Assembly (NCBI GenBank): GCA_964383905.1
Contig: CAYLJO010000061.1
Location: forward strand, 1-28,337
Reading direction: 5' to 3'
Length of the DNA: 28,337 nt
Source of the DNA: an uncultured Blastocatellaceae bacterium
GTDB lineage: Bacteria; Acidobacteriota; Blastocatellia; Pyrinomonadales; Pyrinomonadaceae
Shown here: piece by piece, positions 27,587-28,337 of the stretch
Position numbering within the stretch: position 1 is the first letter of the stretch
Layout of the letters: each line of letters opens with the position of its first letter
Notes under the pieces: generated by a model
Seen by the model: the letters and a program-made list of their open reading frames with translations, nothing else
Database searches by the model: none
Told to the model about the DNA's origin: nothing
Made by a program: the position numbers and the translations under genes

Positions 27587-28337
27587 AATGAAGAAGTACG
27601 CTTCCCTCTTGCCGGCCCTACTGGTGCTTACGGTAGGCGCTTTCGCTCAGAAGCCGGACATTGCGCCCGAGCTCATCCCGCTCGTCGAGGCGGAGCGCGA
27701 GTTCGCCAAAACATCCGCGACGAAGGGAACGCGCGCGGCCTTCCTCGACTATCTGGCCGACGACGGGATCATCTTCCAACTGGGTCTGGTCAACGGGAAG
27801 AAGTCGTGGCTCGCCCGCCCCAAATCGCCGGGGTTGCTGTCGTGGCACCCCATCTTTGCAGACATCTCCCGTGCGCGCGATCTCGGATACACGACAGGCC
27901 CGTGGGAATTCAGGGTGAAAGGCCCGGCCGACAAACCGGCCGCTTACGGCAACTATGTGACGGTCTGGAAAAAGGAGGTCGATAAGACCTGGAAGGTCGC
28001 CCTCGACATCGGAACGATTAACCCACCGCCGAACGCGCCGCCGACGCCGCAATTCCCCACCCATCATTTGAAGCGTAAGGGCAAGTCTAAAATGGAGGGG
28101 GAGGCTGAGCCCTACTTCAACTCTCTTCTCGATGCGGACCGGGATTTTGCCAGAGCTTCGGCCGCGCAAGGTGCGGTCAAGGCCTACCTCGCCAATGTCG
28201 CCGACGATGTCAGGATCTTCCGAATGAACGCCTTCCCCGTCATCGGCAGCGAAGCGGCTCGCGCAGCTCTTTCCACGAACCCCGGCGTGATGACGTGGCA
28301 ACTAATTACGGGCGAGGTCGCTCGCTCGGGCGATTTA
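27587..28337 (+). CDS. secreted protein with two tandem NTF2-like (DUF4440 / SnoaL-like) repeats; 3' end beyond window
   Basis: AGGAG 7 nt upstream of ATG 27587. Signal peptide MKKYASLLPALLVLTVGAFAQ. Internal repeat EAEREFAKTSATKGTRAAFLDYLADDGIIFQ vs DADRDFARASAAQGAVKAYLANVADDVRIF. No stop before window end. The antisense ORF 27618..28301 is Arg-rich low complexity and judged spurious. Confidence 0.6.

Noticed and set aside
27618-28301. 227-aa ORF on - strand
   Set aside because: Antisense to a + strand ORF that has an RBS, a signal peptide and an internal domain repeat. The - strand product is Arg-rich low complexity.

Overview
High-GC (~65%) bacterial chromosomal window; PEP-CTERM tail, sigma-54 regulator and OPT transporter suggest an Acidobacteriota-like organism (inference only). 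Content, 5' to 3': (1) a degraded low-GC insert (~420-1410) carrying a methyltransferase-like ORF and a C-terminal tyrosine-recombinase fragment, i.e. a mobile-element remnant. (2) A small aromatic-metabolism cluster: tryptophan 2,3-dioxygenase, aryl-CoA ligase, hotdog thioesterase, then an orphan PEP-CTERM tail with no start codon. (3) A convergent, translationally coupled operon: hybrid REC-PAS histidine kinase plus NtrC-type sigma-54 response regulator. (4) A large multi-TM HD-GYP/GAF/GGDEF c-di-GMP protein, with a stand-alone PilZ protein ~4 kb away. (5) MFS transporter, LOG/SLOG-like Rossmann protein, CBM9/DOMON-like protein, and a secreted hypothetical. (6) An OPT oligopeptide transporter with a duplicated ~65-aa insertion, divergent from a secreted M14 carboxypeptidase. 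(7) A compact membrane SPFH/flotillin neighbourhood (22.4-27.5 kb): a TM-anchored hypothetical; a 730-aa flotillin-like protein with four tandem copies of the SPFH N-terminal beta module; a small 2-TM protein overlapping a second SPFH protein; and an HExxH polytopic membrane protein whose reading frame is interrupted by a single in-frame TAA. (8) A 3'-partial secreted protein with two NTF2/DUF4440-like repeats. The most unusual items are the SPFH neighbourhood (candidate undescribed SPFH-intramembrane protease module) and a ~110-bp AT-rich intergenic element built around inverted AAGGCAAAAGG motifs that occurs twice, upstream of the kinase/sigma-54 operon and in the OPT/carboxypeptidase divergent promoter. 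No rRNA, convincing tRNA, CRISPR array or intact transposase was seen.
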